A stretch of 64,000 bases of DNA from Gammaproteobacteria bacterium (GTDB taxonomy: Bacteria; Pseudomonadota; Gammaproteobacteria; CBDBNL01; JAAOII01): the NCBI GenBank assembly GCA_965209035.1, contig OZ242372.1, forward strand, positions 384,001 through 448,000, in the 5' to 3' direction. Below the pieces are notes generated by a model. That model was not told the origin of the DNA, ran no database searches, and saw only the letters and a program-made list of their open reading frames with translations. Each line of letters opens with the position of its first letter. Position 1 is the stretch's first letter. Below are positions 32,265 through 42,433 of this stretch, piece after piece. Both the position numbers and the translations under genes were made by a program.

Positions 32265-33938
32265 TCAATCTATCCGCCAGCAGCGGCAGGCAATCTCTGC
32301 CATGTTCTTTTGTCTTGCTTCAATCGCGTCCTTGTCCCAGCATTCCCATTGCTCCAATTGGCGGTTAAGTGCGTATGAATATTTGCCCAAAGCGTCCTTT
32401 TTTTCCGCATACGGTTCTTGTCCCAAGTTCTTTTTTCGTTCTACCAATGTTATGTTGCCGAGACGATTGACATGATCTTCCCAATCGTTGCCAAAATATT
32501 CTATCCAGTTTTCTCCGGGATTTTGTGGCAGAATATGTTCCAGGGTCAAGACGGACGGATCGCAAGGTGCCCCCGACATCTCTCCTTCCAGTTTAGACAG
32601 GATGTAACGGGGTCTTTTGGGAGTAGAAGCGGAAAAAGAAAACTTGGCAAAATCACCGATGAATACGGCATCTGCCGGATAAAGTGATAGAAGTTTTTCT
32701 TTGATTTGCGGCAGTGAGTTTCCCGTTCGCACCAACTCGCACAAGGAATTGTATAAACGCTCTTGCTCGCTCGGACTACGGCGACCAATGACATTGTAGC
32801 GAATAGAAAAATTAGTGACCCAATCAACCAATTTGTCAAACTTGGATACTTCATTTTTTTCTCTCCATTGTGTCCAAGCCGCCAAGAACAACGCATGAGG
32901 TTGCTTAATGTTGTATAAAGCCAAAGCATTTAGATTCTTGGAAATATTCGTATTATGTAATTCTTGCCAAAATTCGTCTCCTCCGTCTAACAGTGCCGGA
33001 TAGACCGTGCATTGCCGTCGCAGGATGCCCAGATATTCACTTGCACTCTCATGCGTATTAACTTCCTTACGAATTTCGCGAAATAACTTGTTGCGACGCA
33101 CAAGGCGGTGACGACTATTCCATTCGGCAATCAAGAAATCCGCGAAGTTTTTATCACCCAACTGAGCATTGATGAACCCCCACTTTTCTTGTATCTCATC
33201 ATACTCTCCCTTGTTTGGATCCTCTTCGTCTCTGAAATATTTGGCAAACAGAAAGTTTTTCAGCAGATCCGGCACAGATAGTTGAACACCGCGCGCATTA
33301 AGTGTCTCAAACACGCGGAAGGCCGCCTGTTCGTCATTGACATTGATAACGGTAAATTCCAAGTTCTTCCCAATTATGCCAACAAACCCGGGAAGCAATA
33401 CTCTTGGATCCACAGATAATTCTTCGTCTGTCAATTTTTTTACCTTGTCCCGAAAGAATGTAAATGCCTTTTTTAATTTCCGAGTAGAAGCGGTAAGTTT
33501 TCGGACAGGCAGCTCTTCCCCGCGACAGATCATGCGATAAAAACTACCATCATTGAGGTTGAGTTGCAGTTTGTTGTTTTTCTCAAGGGTCACAATATCC
33601 TTGCTAACAATGAAGGTTTCATGCAGAGCATCGGCATGACCATCAAAACCGCGTTCTCTCAGTACCGCAATGATTGCCAGTACCAAGATGGAAAGGCTTG
33701 CCAAACGTTGTTGACCATCAATAATGATAAATTCACTTTCATCTTTTTTTTGCAAGACAATATGGCCCAGATAGTGACTTCCCTTTTCTTGCCGTACTTC
33801 CGTCAGATCTTCCCAAAGATCCTCCAGTGCATCCTCTGTCCAACTATAATCGCGTTGAAACGGGGGAACCCGGTATAACCGGCTGTTTCCCATGATTTCC
33901 AGGAAGTTTTGAGGAGAAGGTGTAATCGTCATCCACAT
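32265..33938 (-). CDS. GmrSD-family DUF262-DUF1524 protein
   Basis: VPPFQRDYSW, IIDGQQRL, FETLNARG and LEHILPQ...LGNITL motifs. Confidence 0.92.
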   Translation of the reverse strand: MWMTITPSPQNFLEIMGNSRLYRVPPFQRDYSWTEDALEDLWEDLTEVRQEKGSHYLGHIVLQKKDESEFIIIDGQQRLASLSILVLAIIAVLRERGFDGHADALHETFIVSKDIVTLEKNNKLQLNLNDGSFYRMICRGEELPVRKLTASTRKLKKAFTFFRDKVKKLTDEELSVDPRVLLPGFVGIIGKNLEFTVINVNDEQAAFRVFETLNARGVQLSVPDLLKNFLFAKYFRDEEDPNKGEYDEIQEKWGFINAQLGDKNFADFLIAEWNSRHRLVRRNKLFREIRKEVNTHESASEYLGILRRQCTVYPALLDGGDEFWQELHNTNISKNLNALALYNIKQPHALFLAAWTQWREKNEVSKFDKLVDWVTNFSIRYNVIGRRSPSEQERLYNSLCELVRTGNSLPQIKEKLLSLYPADAVFIGDFAKFSFSASTPKRPRYILSKLEGEMSGAPCDPSVLTLEHILPQNPGENWIEYFGNDWEDHVNRLGNITLVERKKNLGQEPYAEKKDALGKYSYALNRQLEQWECWDKDAIEARQKNMAEIACRCWRID

Positions 33939-33973
33939 TATTATAAGTCACGAATTGTATAGCCACGCCCATT

Positions 33974-34010
33974 TGCATGATCCCACCCAGTTCCGGACTC
34001 TTGTTGTTTT
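33974..34010 (-). mobile_element. Isolated IS481 right-end remnant
   Basis: TGCATGATCCCACCCAGTTCCGGACTCTTGTTGTTTT closely matches the reverse complement of the IS right end. Confidence 0.8.
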
Positions 34011-34099
34011 AATACAACGGGCCTGTCGCAAGGTTTTTTACAGAATGGTCGTATAATAAAACACAGTATCTGTTCTTTTGAATGAAGGTACTTTATTTA
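34004..34099 (+). promoter_or_regulatory. 96-bp direct repeat copy 1, containing a putative sigma70 -10 box (TATAAT)
   Basis: Identical to 36001-36096. Confidence 0.85.
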
Positions 34100-34120
34100 C
34101 TATCTATTAATCTATCATAT

Positions 34121-35782
34121 ATGAAAGCAATACATGCAAGCCCTAAATCGGTTCACAAAATATTAGACCAAACAGCATACATCATTCCTGAGTTTCAAAG
34201 ATCCTATAGCTGGACGCCAGAGAAATGTGAGAAATTGTGGGAAGATGTCGTTAGTTTTTTTGATTCAGAAGAGAAAGGGAACTATTTTTTAGGCACTATT
34301 ACTATCTACCCTTCTGAAAAAAATGATGGAGATGGAAATAGCATCTATGAGGTAATCGATGGCCAACAAAGATTAATTACTTTGCTTTTACTGATAAGAA
34401 TTTTGTATCAAAAATCTATAGGTTCAAAGGCAAACTTAGGAAAATATCTACGCAGTTCTTATAACCTTATCACAGGCGAAGAGAGTAATGAACCCAAAAT
34501 GCGCTCAAAAGTTTTAGGCGGGAAAGATAATGAATATATAACACGTCTCTGTTGCGAACAAGGCGACCTGCATTTTGAAGATCGGAAAAATCTTTTTACA
34601 AAAAACTATATTACTTTGAGGGAACAGGTGAACGACTGGCTTGCTCAAAACGGTGGTGCTCAGTTTCAGAAACTTATTGGAGCAATTTTGACACAGGTAG
34701 TCATGCTCCCCATATACTGCGAAGACTTGGATGACTCATTAACAACATTCGAGACTTTGAATGATCGTGGTATGCCTCTTAATGATGCCGATATTTTTAA
34801 GGTCAAACTATACAAGTCGGCTAAAGAAAAGGGAGCGGAAAAAGAATTTGATCAGCGTTGGAGCGATTTGGAAAACCATACGGACCTATTCAGAATTTAT
34901 ATGCATATCTTACGCGCGAAGGACGAGAAAATAGAAAAGGAAATCGGGCTAAGAAAATATTTTGATCAGCCTCAACGAAAAAAAGAGGTTTTTGGAGATT
35001 GGTTTAAGATAATGGAGAGTATTACAAAAATCAATAATATTCGAGAAAAAATTTGGGTTATGCCTCCAGACATTGATAAACTTTGGTATGTGCTGGCTTC
35101 CATTCCCAATGGTTACTGGCGATATCCGTTATATGTATTTCTGGATAAACATAATCGGAGTAAAGCCGACGCGAATCAAATGTCCTTATCCGACTCTAAA
35201 AAAAGAGAATATCAAACCTTAATAGAGGAGACTGTCAGGTATTTTTTATATAAAGGAGTTGTCCATAAAAATGTTAATAAAGTAAAAGATACAATTTTTA
35301 AGGTTTGCGAAAATATTGAAGCAGGAAAGGATTACAAGAGTTTATATAGAAAGAATATCGAGACAGAAGCCCAAAATTTTGATTTAGAAAACATTGCTCT
35401 TGGTCGTTATGACCGATTCGTCATCTACTTGGCTTCTTGCTTAAATCCTAAACAAAACAACAATGACCTCTGTAAACTTTTGGCCAGCGGGATGGATATC
35501 GAGCATATTCTGCCTAAAAAGTGGCATCACTATGATGGTTATACAAAAGATAACCATGGAGAATATTGTGGGAAGTTAGGTAACTTAATGCCTTTGGAAA
35601 GCAAAGTTAATATAGCCGCTTCCAATGACTTTTATTTCAGGAAACAAGAGCATTACAAAGAATCTCTTATACAGGATGCATTGGAACTGACACAAACGAA
35701 GTCCGCGCAATGGTTACCTGAAAATATTAATAACCGCACTAAAGTTCTCTGTAAAAGAATTGCTGATTTTTTAAAAGGTTAA
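34121..35782 (+). CDS. Second GmrSD-family DUF262-DUF1524 protein
   Basis: IPEFQRSYSW, VIDGQQRL, FETLNDRG and IEHILPK...LGNLMPL...N...SN motifs; AT-rich. Confidence 0.92.
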   Translation: MKAIHASPKSVHKILDQTAYIIPEFQRSYSWTPEKCEKLWEDVVSFFDSEEKGNYFLGTITIYPSEKNDGDGNSIYEVIDGQQRLITLLLLIRILYQKSIGSKANLGKYLRSSYNLITGEESNEPKMRSKVLGGKDNEYITRLCCEQGDLHFEDRKNLFTKNYITLREQVNDWLAQNGGAQFQKLIGAILTQVVMLPIYCEDLDDSLTTFETLNDRGMPLNDADIFKVKLYKSAKEKGAEKEFDQRWSDLENHTDLFRIYMHILRAKDEKIEKEIGLRKYFDQPQRKKEVFGDWFKIMESITKINNIREKIWVMPPDIDKLWYVLASIPNGYWRYPLYVFLDKHNRSKADANQMSLSDSKKREYQTLIEETVRYFLYKGVVHKNVNKVKDTIFKVCENIEAGKDYKSLYRKNIETEAQNFDLENIALGRYDRFVIYLASCLNPKQNNNDLCKLLASGMDIEHILPKKWHHYDGYTKDNHGEYCGKLGNLMPLESKVNIAASNDFYFRKQEHYKESLIQDALELTQTKSAQWLPENINNRTKVLCKRIADFLKG

Positions 35783-36000
35783 GAAAGAGTTCATAAGTCT
35801 GTATCATCACTGCTCGCTCATATACACGACCAGTTCCCAAGAAACGTACTTTGTAAAAAGTATCTCGTAGCGATACCTTAAAGGTAGTGCTTTGTAAAAC
35901 AGCAATTCTCAATGAATCGCATCATGCGACCAAAACACTCACTCCAACAACACTCGTCCTTTAATAGGAACTAATAGGAACACAAATACACACTTATTTC

Positions 36001-36096
36001 TTGTTTTAATACAACGGGCCTGTCGCAAGGTTTTTTACAGAATGGTCGTATAATAAAACACAGTATCTGTTCTTTTGAATGAAGGTACTTTATTTA
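36001..36096 (+). promoter_or_regulatory. 96-bp direct repeat copy 2; promoter of the ABC substrate-binding gene
   Basis: Identical to 34004-34099. Confidence 0.85.
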
Positions 36097-36128
36097 ACTT
36101 TATTTACTAATCTATATACATATACATT

Positions 36129-37406
36129 ATGAAAAGAAATCAACTATTCCTACTTGTGGGTGCAGTCGTTGTAATTCTCATCGTAGTCTTCTATTTCCAA
36201 AACAAATCCAAATCCACCGCCACAGGCGAAGGACAAGGTGAAATCAAGATGGGTGCCTTGGCAACTCTTGAAGGACCCTTTACGGTTCTCGGGGAAGATG
36301 GCATGCGCGGTGTGCAACTTGCCTTGCAAGAATTTAATAACCAAGCGGGCGGTAAAAACATCCGTTTGATTACCGGTTCGTCCGATGCGACGCCGGACAG
36401 TGCCATTCGCAGTGCGCGCAATCTGGTGGAACAAGACGGCGTTCAAATTTTAATCGGCCCACTTTCCGGTTCGGAAGGATTGGCTCTAAAAGATTATGCC
36501 AAGACACAACCGTCTGTTACTTTCTTAAACGGCGCTTCCGCCGCACAGGATACCACCCTGCGCGATCCGGCTGAAAACTTCTTTCGTTTTTCCACTGACG
36601 GCGTTCAATGGATGGCGGGTTTGGGCGAATATGCCTATGATGAACTCGGTTATGAACGGGTGGCGATTATCGCCGAAGACTATTCGTTTCCGTATTCTCA
36701 GGTGCAAGGCTTCATGCTTCCCTTTTGTGAACGCGGCGGTCGCGTGCCTGCCAAGTTTTGGGTGCCTATCGGCAATACGGACTACTCCTCTATCATCTCC
36801 GCTTTGCCGGATGATATAGACGCCATTTATGTTGCGCTCGGCGGTGCCGATGCGGTAAACTTCTTAACGCAATATGAGCAGTTTGGCGGTGACCTGCCAA
36901 TCATCGGCGGTTCTATCACCATCGATCAAAGCGTTTTGGGATCCAAGGGCAGAACACGCACTTCGGTTATTGGAACGGCAGCCGCCGGACCGATTGCCGA
37001 CACATGGGATGACTCGCGCTGGCAACAGTTTGTTGCGGACTACCGGAACACATTCCCGGATGGCTTCCCTTCCCCTTCCCTGTTCGCGCATGCTTACTAT
37101 ATCAACACCAAAGCGGCACTGCTTGCCTTGGAAGAAGTTGATGGCGATCTTTCCGACGGCGGCGCCGCGTTGCGTCGTGTGCTTGCGGATCTCGAGTTTG
37201 AAACACCTACGGGAGATGTCAGACTGGATGAAAATCGTCAGGCAGTTGCGGATATTTACTTGACAGAAGTTGTTGAAGGCCCGGACGGTAATCTGGTCAA
37301 TGAGGTCATAGACATTTCAAGAGAAGTCGAGCAGACGCTTGGCGTTTCTCGGGAAAAATTTCTTGAGTATGGGCCGGTTGGGCGCAATAATCCCGAATGT
37401 CCCTAA
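36129..37406 (+). CDS. Liv-family ABC substrate-binding protein
   Basis: N-terminal TM/signal; IGPLSGSEG, NFFRF and EDYSF motifs. Confidence 0.9.
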   Translation: MKRNQLFLLVGAVVVILIVVFYFQNKSKSTATGEGQGEIKMGALATLEGPFTVLGEDGMRGVQLALQEFNNQAGGKNIRLITGSSDATPDSAIRSARNLVEQDGVQILIGPLSGSEGLALKDYAKTQPSVTFLNGASAAQDTTLRDPAENFFRFSTDGVQWMAGLGEYAYDELGYERVAIIAEDYSFPYSQVQGFMLPFCERGGRVPAKFWVPIGNTDYSSIISALPDDIDAIYVALGGADAVNFLTQYEQFGGDLPIIGGSITIDQSVLGSKGRTRTSVIGTAAAGPIADTWDDSRWQQFVADYRNTFPDGFPSPSLFAHAYYINTKAALLALEEVDGDLSDGGAALRRVLADLEFETPTGDVRLDENRQAVADIYLTEVVEGPDGNLVNEVIDISREVEQTLGVSREKFLEYGPVGRNNPECP

Positions 37407-37420
37407 TTAGTTAGAGAGCA

Positions 37421-38197
37421 TTGGCTCACAAAAGCGCGCAACCCGCTCTTCTTCTCAAAGAAGTTAGGTTGCAGTTTGGCACATTTTCAGTTCTCACTGA
37501 TATTCAGTTTGAAGCGGGTATCGGTGAGAGATGTGCTTTGCTCGGCATTAATGGTGCCGGGAAGACAACGCTTCTCAGTGTCATTAATGGCGACTTAAAA
37601 CTCTCTTCCGGCGAGATTTATTTTTTCGGTGATAAGATCACCAAACTTCCGCCTTATAAGCGAACCCATCTCGGGCTAAGACGCACATATCAAATTTCTC
37701 TCTTATTTGCCGGTCTCTCGGTTCTTGATCATTTATATCTGGCTTGTCAGGGGGTGGTTGCGGGTCGTCATTCCTTGAACCTGAACCGACCCACCGCCAA
37801 ACATCCGACCATGCGGGAGGCGGAAGCAATTTTAGAAACGGTGCAATTACAAGATATCAAAGATGTGCCGATTTCCGCACTCAGTCATGGCCAGCAGCGG
37901 CAACTTGAAGTGGGCATGGCATTGGCGGGAACCCCCAAGTTCATTCTGTTTGACGAGCCTGCCGCAGGTCTATCGTCGCGCGAGCGGGTCATCCTTACGG
38001 ATATACTCGATAATCTGCCGAAGGACATCGGCTATTTGTTGGTGGAGCATGATCTGGATATTGCTTTAAGCATCGCAGATAGAATCATTGTTCTGCATGA
38101 CGGAAGGATATTCAAAGACGGGGCAAGTGCCGAGGTGCAAAAAGATGCCGAAGTCCAAAGATTGTATTTGGGAAGCAGACATGACCCAAAATCTTAA
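37421..38197 (+). CDS. ABC ATPase (LivG-like)
   Basis: GINGAGKTT, LSHGQQRQLE, DEPAAG and VEHD motifs. Confidence 0.9.
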   Translation: MAHKSAQPALLLKEVRLQFGTFSVLTDIQFEAGIGERCALLGINGAGKTTLLSVINGDLKLSSGEIYFFGDKITKLPPYKRTHLGLRRTYQISLLFAGLSVLDHLYLACQGVVAGRHSLNLNRPTAKHPTMREAEAILETVQLQDIKDVPISALSHGQQRQLEVGMALAGTPKFILFDEPAAGLSSRERVILTDILDNLPKDIGYLLVEHDLDIALSIADRIIVLHDGRIFKDGASAEVQKDAEVQRLYLGSRHDPKS

Positions 38198-38915
38198 AAA
38201 GAACTTGCTGGCGGTTGAAGACCTATATGTCAATTATGGCAGTGCCGCCGCTCTGCAGGGAACGGACTTTACACTCGGCGAAGAAGACATCCTTTCCATT
38301 GTCGGCCGTAACGGAATGGGAAAAACAACCCTATGCAACGCAATTATGGGGTTGGTGCCGGTGTCCAAAGGGTCGGTTGTATTTAATAATCAACAGATTG
38401 AGAATAAACCGCCGCACTTTATAGCCCAAATGGGCATAGGTTATGTTCCGCAGGGAAGACGATTATGGCAAAGTCTCACCGTGGACGAGCATATCAGAAT
38501 GTTTGCCAAAGATAAAAACGCCAAACATCATCCCGACAGTATTTATCAAATATTCCCGCGTCTTGCCGAAAGAAGGCACAATAAGGGAACTAACCTTTCC
38601 GGCGGCGAACAGCAGATGTTGGCAATTGCGCGCGCGCTGCTGACCAATCCGAAATTACTTGTTATGGATGAGCCAACCGAAGGGCTGGCACCGCGCATCG
38701 TGGAACAGATAGAGGACCTGATTATCCGACTGGTTACCGAAAACAAAATATCGGTTCTCATTATTGAACAAAAATTGGATGTTGCGGTCACGGTGTCCAA
38801 GAAAGTGGGGATCATGCTCAACGGAAGAATTGAAAGAATCATCCCTTCCGCGCAACTCATTTCCGACCGGAAACTGCAACAAGAATTACTCGGTGTCGGT
38901 AAAAAAACGGCTTGA
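38181..38915 (+). CDS. ABC ATPase (LivF-like)
   Basis: GRNGMGKTT, YVPQGRR, LSGGEQQMLAIAR and DEPTEGLAP motifs. Confidence 0.92.
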   Translation: MTQNLKKNLLAVEDLYVNYGSAAALQGTDFTLGEEDILSIVGRNGMGKTTLCNAIMGLVPVSKGSVVFNNQQIENKPPHFIAQMGIGYVPQGRRLWQSLTVDEHIRMFAKDKNAKHHPDSIYQIFPRLAERRHNKGTNLSGGEQQMLAIARALLTNPKLLVMDEPTEGLAPRIVEQIEDLIIRLVTENKISVLIIEQKLDVAVTVSKKVGIMLNGRIERIIPSAQLISDRKLQQELLGVGKKTA

Positions 38916-38959
38916 AATACGAGGCGGCAATTGATTGCCCATTGCCCCTGCCCCGCTTG

Positions 38960-39796
38960 TTATTTCTTGTACTTTAAGTCTTTGAACTTACGCGCCTGAT
39001 TCTCTATTCCCACTTCGGTGGGCAACCGCTCAACACTGGAAGCGCCAAAAAACCCGACAACTCCCTCGGTGTTGTCAAAAATATATTGGGCATCCTCCGG
39101 TTCCGCAATCGGTCCGCCGTGACACAAGACCAGTATCTCCGGATTGACCTGAGCCGCCGCATCGCACATCGCTTGCACGCGCTTTGCGGATTCTTCCAGG
39201 GTCAAAGCGGTGGATGCGCCGATAGAACCCTTTGTTGTTAATCCCATGTGCGGCACCAAGACATCGGCTCCCGCTTTCGCCATGTTCACCGCATCCTCGG
39301 GTGTAAACACATAAGGACAGGTCAGCATATCCAACTCGTGCGCCTGACGAATCATATCCACTTCCAGATCATAGCCCATTCCGGTTTCTTCCAAATTTTG
39401 ACGAAAGACACCGTCTATTAATCCCACGGTCGGGAAGTTTTGCACGCCGTCAAACCCCATTTCTTTTAACTCTTTTAAGAAACGCGGGATCAGATAAAAG
39501 GGATCCGTCCCATTAACTCCCGCCAAAACCGGCGTATTCTTGATAACCGGCAGTACCTCGGCCGCCATCTCTACGACTATGTCATTTGCATTGCCGTAAG
39601 CCAGCAGGCCCGAAAGGCTGCCGCGTCCCGCCATACGATAACGGCCGGAGTTGTAAATGATAATCAGGTCCACCCCGCCGCGCTCGCTAAATTTGGCGGT
39701 GATACCTGTCCCCGCACCGGCACCGATAATCGGCTTGCCATTGGCGACCTGGTCTCTCAGTCTATTCAAAGACTCTTTGCGTTCAATAAAAGGCAT
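38960..39796 (-). CDS. TIM-barrel protein, PEP-hydrolase-like / Tm-1 C-terminal family
   Basis: [36 protein letters not shown] and GFFGASS.ERLP motifs. Confidence 0.88.
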   Translation of the reverse strand: MPFIERKESLNRLRDQVANGKPIIGAGAGTGITAKFSERGGVDLIIIYNSGRYRMAGRGSLSGLLAYGNANDIVVEMAAEVLPVIKNTPVLAGVNGTDPFYLIPRFLKELKEMGFDGVQNFPTVGLIDGVFRQNLEETGMGYDLEVDMIRQAHELDMLTCPYVFTPEDAVNMAKAGADVLVPHMGLTTKGSIGASTALTLEESAKRVQAMCDAAAQVNPEILVLCHGGPIAEPEDAQYIFDNTEGVVGFFGASSVERLPTEVGIENQARKFKDLKYKK

Positions 39797-39826
39797 AATT
39801 GTATACTTCTAATTAATAATAATAAA

Positions 39827-40225
39827 TCAAGCGCGCAGGTTACACCAGGGTTCTTCCGCGGATACATCCGTCAGTTCATAACCTATGTCGCCCACACAGG
39901 GACCCAAGATTGCCAAAAGTTTGGCATCTGTTTGGCCCACATTAAAGGAAGCATGCACCATCCCCGCATCTATATATGCCGCATCGCCGGGCTTAAGAAT
40001 TTTCTTCTCCTTGCCAATCCACTGCTCCACCTCGCCGGACACAACCACAATGGTTTCTTCCTGAGCCGGATGCTTGTGAAAATTATGCCCGTTGCCGGGT
40101 GTCAGCACAACATCTATGATAGTCAACTGCTTATTATTGGTGGTCGGGGGGTTACTTAGCCAAGCCAAGGATCCCCAGTCCAACTCCTCTCTCGGCGTGT
40201 TTTTTTGAATAACAAATTTACTCAT
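39827..40225 (-). CDS. Cupin domain protein
   Basis: GHNFHKHPAQEE...G..H metal-binding cupin motifs. Confidence 0.88.
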   Translation of the reverse strand: MSKFVIQKNTPREELDWGSLAWLSNPPTTNNKQLTIIDVVLTPGNGHNFHKHPAQEETIVVVSGEVEQWIGKEKKILKPGDAAYIDAGMVHASFNVGQTDAKLLAILGPCVGDIGYELTDVSAEEPWCNLRA

Positions 40226-40256
40226 CGTGTTCGTCTTATTTCTTTGTGAATATTAA

Positions 40257-41468
40257 TTATTTTCTTTGCAGTAAACTCAGCAACTTTTGTGCCATAGCAT
40301 CCGCAAATTCGGGGTCGTTGATATTGTGATCCAGTTTTACAATCTCAACCTTCTTCGGATTAATATTGCTCTCCAAGGATTTAAACAAAGCGGCATCCAC
40401 CTTCGGATCATGAAAGACCTGTCCCGGAGCATCAATCATACTGACGCCGCCCAACGGAATAAAAAGTGCCGTAGGGCCTTTGCTTTTGTTAAGTTTGTCC
40501 GCAATAATCTTGCCCAGTTCGGCACATTCCGCCTTGGTTGTCCGCATCAGCGTAATCTGCGGATTATGCACATACAAATTGCGTTTGCGAAATTTTTCCG
40601 GCACGGACTCAATCCCGCCAAAATTAACCATATCCAAAGCCCCCAGCGACACCACTTGCGGCACACCGGCTTTCGCGGCGGCATCCAACCGTTCCCGCCC
40701 CGCCGACAAAACGCCGCCGACAAGTTCATCACACAGCTCGGTGGTGGTGGCATCCGCAACACCGGCAACTTCTCCATCGTTAATGAGAGATTCCATTGAC
40801 CTTCCGCCACTGCCTGTGGCATGAAAAATCAATACCTCATAGCCCGCCTTCTCCAAAGTACCTTGCATGGCCGTCACACAAGGGGTTGTCACGCCAAACA
40901 TAGAAGCGACAATAACGGGTTTATTCTTGCCAATCATGGCCGGCTGTTCCACCATCCCGCATATTGCACCCGCCGCGTTGGAGAATATCCTGCGAGAGAC
41001 ACGATTTAATCCGGCGACATCCACCACGGAATACATCATCGTAATATCCTTGCCCGCAACATAGGGGGCAACATCGCCTCCCGCCATAGTGGACAACATC
41101 ACCTTGGGAACTCCGATAGGCACTGCCTGCATGGCGGTGCTCGCAACAGATGTCCCGCCGGAACCTCCTATGCCGATGATCCCGTCTATTTTCTTTTCGG
41201 CATAGGCCCTTGCCGCGATCTTTGCCGCGCCGTTTCCCATGGCCTCCAATGCCGCTCCCCGATCGCCTTTTTTACGCAGGGCGGATAAGGAACTCCCTCC
41301 CGCCTTGGCAACTTCCGCTGCGGAAATATCCGCAGGGAATTGCGGGTCGGCGGCGACGCTCGCATCCAGAAGTAATGTTTTGTGTTTGCGACCCTTAATA
41401 AGGTCTCTGATGAATTGTAATTCTTGCCCCTTGGTGTCCAAGGTACCGATGATTAAGATTGTCTTCAT
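40257..41468 (-). CDS. Tm-1-like ATP-binding domain protein (UPF0261)
   Basis: GTLDTKG.E, GGSGGT, SVVDVAGLN, MFGVTT, FHATG.GG and GALDMVNFG motifs. Confidence 0.9.
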   Translation of the reverse strand: MKTILIIGTLDTKGQELQFIRDLIKGRKHKTLLLDASVAADPQFPADISAAEVAKAGGSSLSALRKKGDRGAALEAMGNGAAKIAARAYAEKKIDGIIGIGGSGGTSVASTAMQAVPIGVPKVMLSTMAGGDVAPYVAGKDITMMYSVVDVAGLNRVSRRIFSNAAGAICGMVEQPAMIGKNKPVIVASMFGVTTPCVTAMQGTLEKAGYEVLIFHATGSGGRSMESLINDGEVAGVADATTTELCDELVGGVLSAGRERLDAAAKAGVPQVVSLGALDMVNFGGIESVPEKFRKRNLYVHNPQITLMRTTKAECAELGKIIADKLNKSKGPTALFIPLGGVSMIDAPGQVFHDPKVDAALFKSLESNINPKKVEIVKLDHNINDPEFADAMAQKLLSLLQRK

Positions 41469-41554
41469 AATTTGTTTCCTCTCTTATTTATTAATAACAG
41501 AAATAATTATAGCATATTTAATCATAATAATAATAACTTGAATTCAAGCATGCA

Positions 41555-41908
41555 TGCATAGTCTCATAAAGGTTCCGGACTCTGAGTTTGGTATCGTGCG
41601 TCCTCAGATCCAGAAGCCGGAGGTTCTGTCGGACGGGTCGCAAATAGATCCGGCAACGGATCTCCGGTATGTGGAGCCGGATGAATGAAACGGGCAAAAA
41701 AGACGGATAGATGTTTTGCTCTTGCCGACGCAGACAGCGGAGGCTTATTGTTGATAAAACTGTCCGGGTGTATCCGCTGGCGAGACGGTGTGGTTTGTGA
41801 TGGCTGGCTTGGTATCATCTCGCGCGCCCCCATTATGTTCTCAAACAACTCTCGCCGATCCGGTTTTTGCAAAAACAACAAAAGTCCGGAAATGGGTGGG
41901 ATTATACA
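41555..41908 (+). mobile_element. Internally deleted non-autonomous IS481 derivative (full leader plus last ~100 bp)
   Basis: Colinear with 25890-26140, then jumps to 27080-27188 and ends in GGGATTATACA. Confidence 0.9.
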
Positions 41909-42071
41909 AATTACGCTTATTTATTTGTATAAAATTATGATTATTATCAATAATTTGATACATTTCGCTTATAATTGGAAGCAAATTAATTATTATGATG
42001 AAACTTTATAAGCAGGGATCACATGTTTTTTGTGTGCGCCTCATTTTTCTTTTTCAAAACAACAACTCATT

Positions 42072-42413
42072 ATGGTCACAATATTGTTAAGCATCCTATC
42101 ATTGATAGGAGCCTTTATATCGTTAATACTCAGTATTTACTTTTTATTTTTATTTCTATTCTTGCTACGCGATCTCATCGATGATATTTTTTATCGCGAT
42201 GAAGAATCTGTTAGAACGATGCGAAAGATCGTCGCGGATGGAAAATATAAAAGTTTATGGAAGAACATCATTTACGGTCAATGTACCATGAAGCATGACC
42301 GGATTAAGACAGGTGTTTTTGCTCTGATAGACAAGAAAACTAACAAAATTGAAGTCAAAACCTGCTCACGGCCCGATAACGGATTAATCGCAAGCACGAC
42401 TCGCGATGCTTGA
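42072..42413 (+). CDS. Hypothetical membrane-anchored protein
   Basis: Long hydrophobic N-terminus; AT-rich; no motif recognised. Confidence 0.5.
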   Translation: MVTILLSILSLIGAFISLILSIYFLFLFLFLLRDLIDDIFYRDEESVRTMRKIVADGKYKSLWKNIIYGQCTMKHDRIKTGVFALIDKKTNKIEVKTCSRPDNGLIASTTRDA

Positions 42414-42433
42414 TGCTTGTTAATTGACACTTA

